The notes beneath the pieces are model-generated. The model made no database searches, was not told where the DNA came from, and saw only the letters and a list, made by a program, of their open reading frames with translations. Shown here piece after piece: positions 48,154 to 52,302 of a stretch of 52,302 nucleotides of DNA. The DNA comes from Octopus bimaculoides (lineage: Eukaryota), in NCBI RefSeq assembly GCF_001194135.2, contig NC_069004.1:11672911-11725212 (forward strand), written 5' to 3'. The position numbers and the translations under genes are program-made. Numbering within the stretch: the first letter of the stretch is position 1; the number at the start of each line of letters is the position of its first letter.

Positions 48154-51100
48154 CTACATAGAATTATGTACAAAAGTCAGGACAGTGGACAGTGTATGGG
48201 CCATGATATACATGTGTGCATGTGCATAGGGGCAGGGATATCAGGTGTAGTGTTGGCAAATTTCAGGAAGCATGGAGGTTTACATGTTTTTTCAATCTCC
48301 ATGGAAACATTTTTTTTTTTATTATTTATATTGAAAGTGTATATAAGGAAGAATAAGTACACAAATTATTTTGGATCGGTCATAATTTATTATGAAGTGA
48401 CTGATAAAAATGATAGTTACTGGCAGTTAATGATAGAAAATGGGAATAACATCATGGACGAAGTATTTGGGGTTAGAAACAAGTGACAGATTCCTCAGAG
48501 TACAGCGAACTTATGTTTTCGTTCAAATATATATTTACAGGACATCTCTGAATGAAAATATATAGGATAACATATTAAGAGGTTAACGTCTGTTTTCCAT
48601 GCTGGCATGGGTTGAAGAGGATTTAGTGATCCACAAGGCTGTATCATGTTCTCTCTCTCTCTCATATATATATGTGTGTGCGTGTGTGTGTGTGTGTGTA
48701 CACAATGGTTTCTTTGTTTTAGAAACCATATTTACAGATGAATGATGCCCTTCCTACTGTTCAACCAATAGGAAGAGCATCATTATATATCTATGTGTGT
48801 GTGTGTGTGTGTATCTCTTTGTGTGTGAGTGTGTGTGTGTGTATGTATGTGTGTACGTATGTATACGCACACATATATATGCATGTGTATATGCATATTT
48901 GTTAGATATGTAACATACTTCTATGCCTTTATGTACACACATGCATCATGTACATACACACGCATAGTCTCTCTCTCTCTCTGTCACACACACACGCACA
49001 CACACACACACACACACATACATATGCATTTATGCATCTGCATAAGGAAAATGTTAATTTTTTTTTACTACACAAAACAAAACAACAAAAAACCCATGTG
49101 TAATAGTGATATTATTATTATTATTATTAGTAGTAGTAGTAGTAGTAGTAGTAGCAAGAAACCTGGCACCAATCCCCTGCTTTACAACGCCACCAACTCT
49201 CTACAGATGTCTCCCATCTTCTCACCATGTACAATGTCTATTCTTATGAATCAGTTGAGTATGTCACTGCAGAGAAACATGTTTTAAACCAACAGACCCC
49301 TGTTGTGTTCAGAAACAGAGTATCTTGGAGGTAGAAACAACCAAATCCAGTAAGGACCTACTTTGGTAGTCAGCAGCAAATGCAAGGACAACAACAGTGC
49401 GTACTCTACATAACTGAGTACAGTGAAGTACATATATATATATGTACTTTGAACTCACAACGACCTCAAACCCACAAGAGTAAACAAAAGAGACAGAGAC
49501 AGGCAGAAACAAGAAAAATGCCCCTTGTATTTGAATACTATGTAAATATTCTTTTAAAAAAACTTTTCATTTAATTTTTCCAAAATTTAATTGTTTTCCA
49601 TATTTACAGTTGAAAAAGTCTCAATGACTGAAATCGGTACTGAAATGTTTTTTTATAAAATTAATTAATCATTTTCTACCTTGACTTTATTTCCATATAG
49701 ATATTTGTTTGTTTGTTTGTTTGTATGTATGTACACACACAAATATATATATATATGTCACATAGTTTATTCAGTTGAAGTTTGGTGTCAACAATGACAA
49801 GAACCGATATTGGTCCTCAACAGACTCATGAGATTGCTGCTGCTACTACTATTGCTACTCCTGCTGTTGCTACAACTCCTGCTGCTGCTGCTACTACTAC
49901 TACTACTACTGTTGTTGCTGCTGCTGCTGCCTCTTCTACTACCGATGTCCAGCTATATGGACATCTGGAGTAGGTCAATGTAACAGACTGAACTCTGTTC
50001 AAAATCAGGTTATTGGTTTCAATGAGGGAGGCGTGTTAGGACTGCCTTACTATGCAACTCATGACTTATGAGTTCAAATTTGGAATTTCCCTGTGTTTCT
50101 TGATAGGAGGTTGCTCTCCAGTTCCGTTCCCATTGCCGTCAAATACTGATCTCTTTGTTATGTCAACAGGAAATAGACATAAATACTGGAGGTTATTTCA
50201 TTCGACTAAAAGTTCTTCAAGACGATGCCCCAGCATGGCCACAGTCTAGTGACAAAAACAAGTAAATGATAAAAAGATCTCAATGAAGAAAATTAAATAA
50301 CAACTGACCAAAGAAGTAGGACAGTCCTCTTTTATCACTGATTCATTCTTCACTGACATGGTATGCTAATTAAAATGGGTCAGTAATCAGTCGAAGATCC
50401 TGCTTGGACTGCAACCATCCTCGATATTCAGGATAACTTTGGAGTCTTGGAATGCAACCTATTTTTATATCCTTGTATTGGATATATAATTTATGAAGCA
50501 GTGGGGGAAAAAAATGTATATACACAACGCACTACTGTTACTATTACATGAAACACAATGCTCTATATCAACAGCTCACAGTGAACTGCTATCAACACGA
50601 ACTACCAATCACTCACAGTTCTTTAATTTATAACAATGAGTCTGTCCACCTTTAGTCACTTGTGGGGTGGTCGGAATCCTTCCACAACACTTATTTTTGC
50701 CATATGTTTTATTATTCACTTATCACTGATTCATTTAGCATGGAACTTTTATGGGATTCCAAACACCCATGATAAACGAGAATGGAAGTATGTCACACGC
50801 TAAAAAGTAAATACAATGAATTGATGAATACCTACATATATAATTTTTTTCAAGGAACTACCACAGATAAATGGCTAGTTTTCCTTTTCTTTTTAATCTG
50901 AACTGCAGCAGTGCAGAGACAATGGCTAAAAGTTCAATATTTATCAATAACTGGTGTGTTTACATTAGTAAAAGAGTGTATGTGTGTGAGAGGAGTGATA
51001 TAAGAAATATCACAGAAGTAGTAAGATATTTTGATAGCGACCTCAACTGAAGTAATAAGTAAAAAAAAAAAAAAAGAACCAAACAAACATACACAAATAT

Positions 51101-52302
51101 TGCTAAAATATATCCGTGACAAATTGTTTTTATAGTTGCTTTTGAAATCCAACCAAAAATGTTTAATATTCTTGCATCCATCAATAATGTTCTCCAAGAA
51201 GATCAAAGTTTTTTTCTGTATAAACAGAAGTGTTCCACAAAACATTGGCGACAGTTGTTACAAGTGAAACTATTTTAAACTAACAAAACCTAATTTATGG
51301 GGACTTTTGTTCTATTTTATATTATTATTATTGTTGTTGTTGTTATTATTATTATCATTTATTTTCATGTTATTAAAGTGAAGGGTCTTCTTTATTTTTT
51401 TGCACCAGACAGATGGCAGTATTAGTTCAGGGACGTTTTTTCTCTGAACAGACAAAACAGATGGCAGCATTATTGGTCCAGGGTCTTCTTTCAGGGATCA
51501 AAGGAATAAAAAGGTGGCAGTAGGTGACCCCAGTCAGTTAATTAATCTGAGGATTAATGAGTTAAGCTATTACTGTGACACAAAGGACTTAGGCCGAGAA
51601 TGGAACTATGCAGGGCAGCAGTCGTTGAAGTGAGGGTTTGCATGTGTTGTTTAATTCAGAGTTTGCTTATGCGACAGAGACAGGAAAAGGGCTGGAGTAG
51701 GAATTAGTGAGGAGTGGTGGGCAGCAAGTGGACTCAGGTACAGATTAAGAGCAACCAATAAAATCTGAAGAATATAATCCATTGTAACCAACACCACAGG
51801 TTAAAGCCACAAAATATATGAGCTTCTTGAAAGCATTCTATTGGCTGAGTTATTTTAGGGGCTATTCAGGGGTGTGGGATATACGTTGTAATAACAGGGG
51901 TCTTACACACATAAGAACACACACACACACACACACACAGAGTCTGTACATTTTGCTTTCCTTAGAGGCTGGTCATTAGGATCCAGTAAAATCTCAAATT
52001 TTCATTACATTGAAATTTTTATAGGAATATAATAATAATAATAATAATAATGATGATGATGAAAGGCAAAGTCAGCCTCAACTGAATTTGAACTCAGAAC
52101 ACAGTGACAGGTGAAATTCTGCCAAGCATTTCACCCAGTGTGCTAAACAATTCTGCCAGCTCAAAGCCTTACTACTACTGCTGCTACTGCTACTACTACT
52201 ACTAATAATAATAATATTAATAATAATAGTAATAATGCTTTTATTTGCAACAGGAGCAAGGAAGAGACCACACTACAAGTCAGGATATTAACAACAGTGT
52301 GT

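Overview
AT-rich, microsatellite-saturated animal genomic DNA with about 4 kb of N gaps. The SINE and MITE content looks like an octopus (coleoid cephalopod) draft assembly; that is inferred from repeat style, not proven. The long ORFs in the track are mostly microsatellite or gap artefacts. One real gene crosses the window on the minus strand: six small exons (33915-33838, 27332-27272, 23651-23416, 22239-22155, 21766-21476, 20386-20258) splice in frame with GT-AG ends. They give about 293 aa of a ROS1/Sevenless-type receptor tyrosine kinase ectodomain (Cys-rich N-terminal region, two FN3 domains, start of a beta-propeller). The start codon and all later exons were not found. The rest is intron, filled with three SINE families, TTAA-flanked piggyBac-like MITEs, Dong/R4 and CR1-like LINE 3' fragments, tandem duplications and simple repeats. 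The most unusual signal is a set of Penelope-like ends carrying minimal type I hammerhead-ribozyme motifs. Two sets are inverted pairs (19320-19475 and 22734-23213). The second pair encloses a tRNA-derived Pol III head and is flanked by a 12-bp direct repeat, suggesting a tRNA-headed, hammerhead-bearing non-autonomous retroelement.
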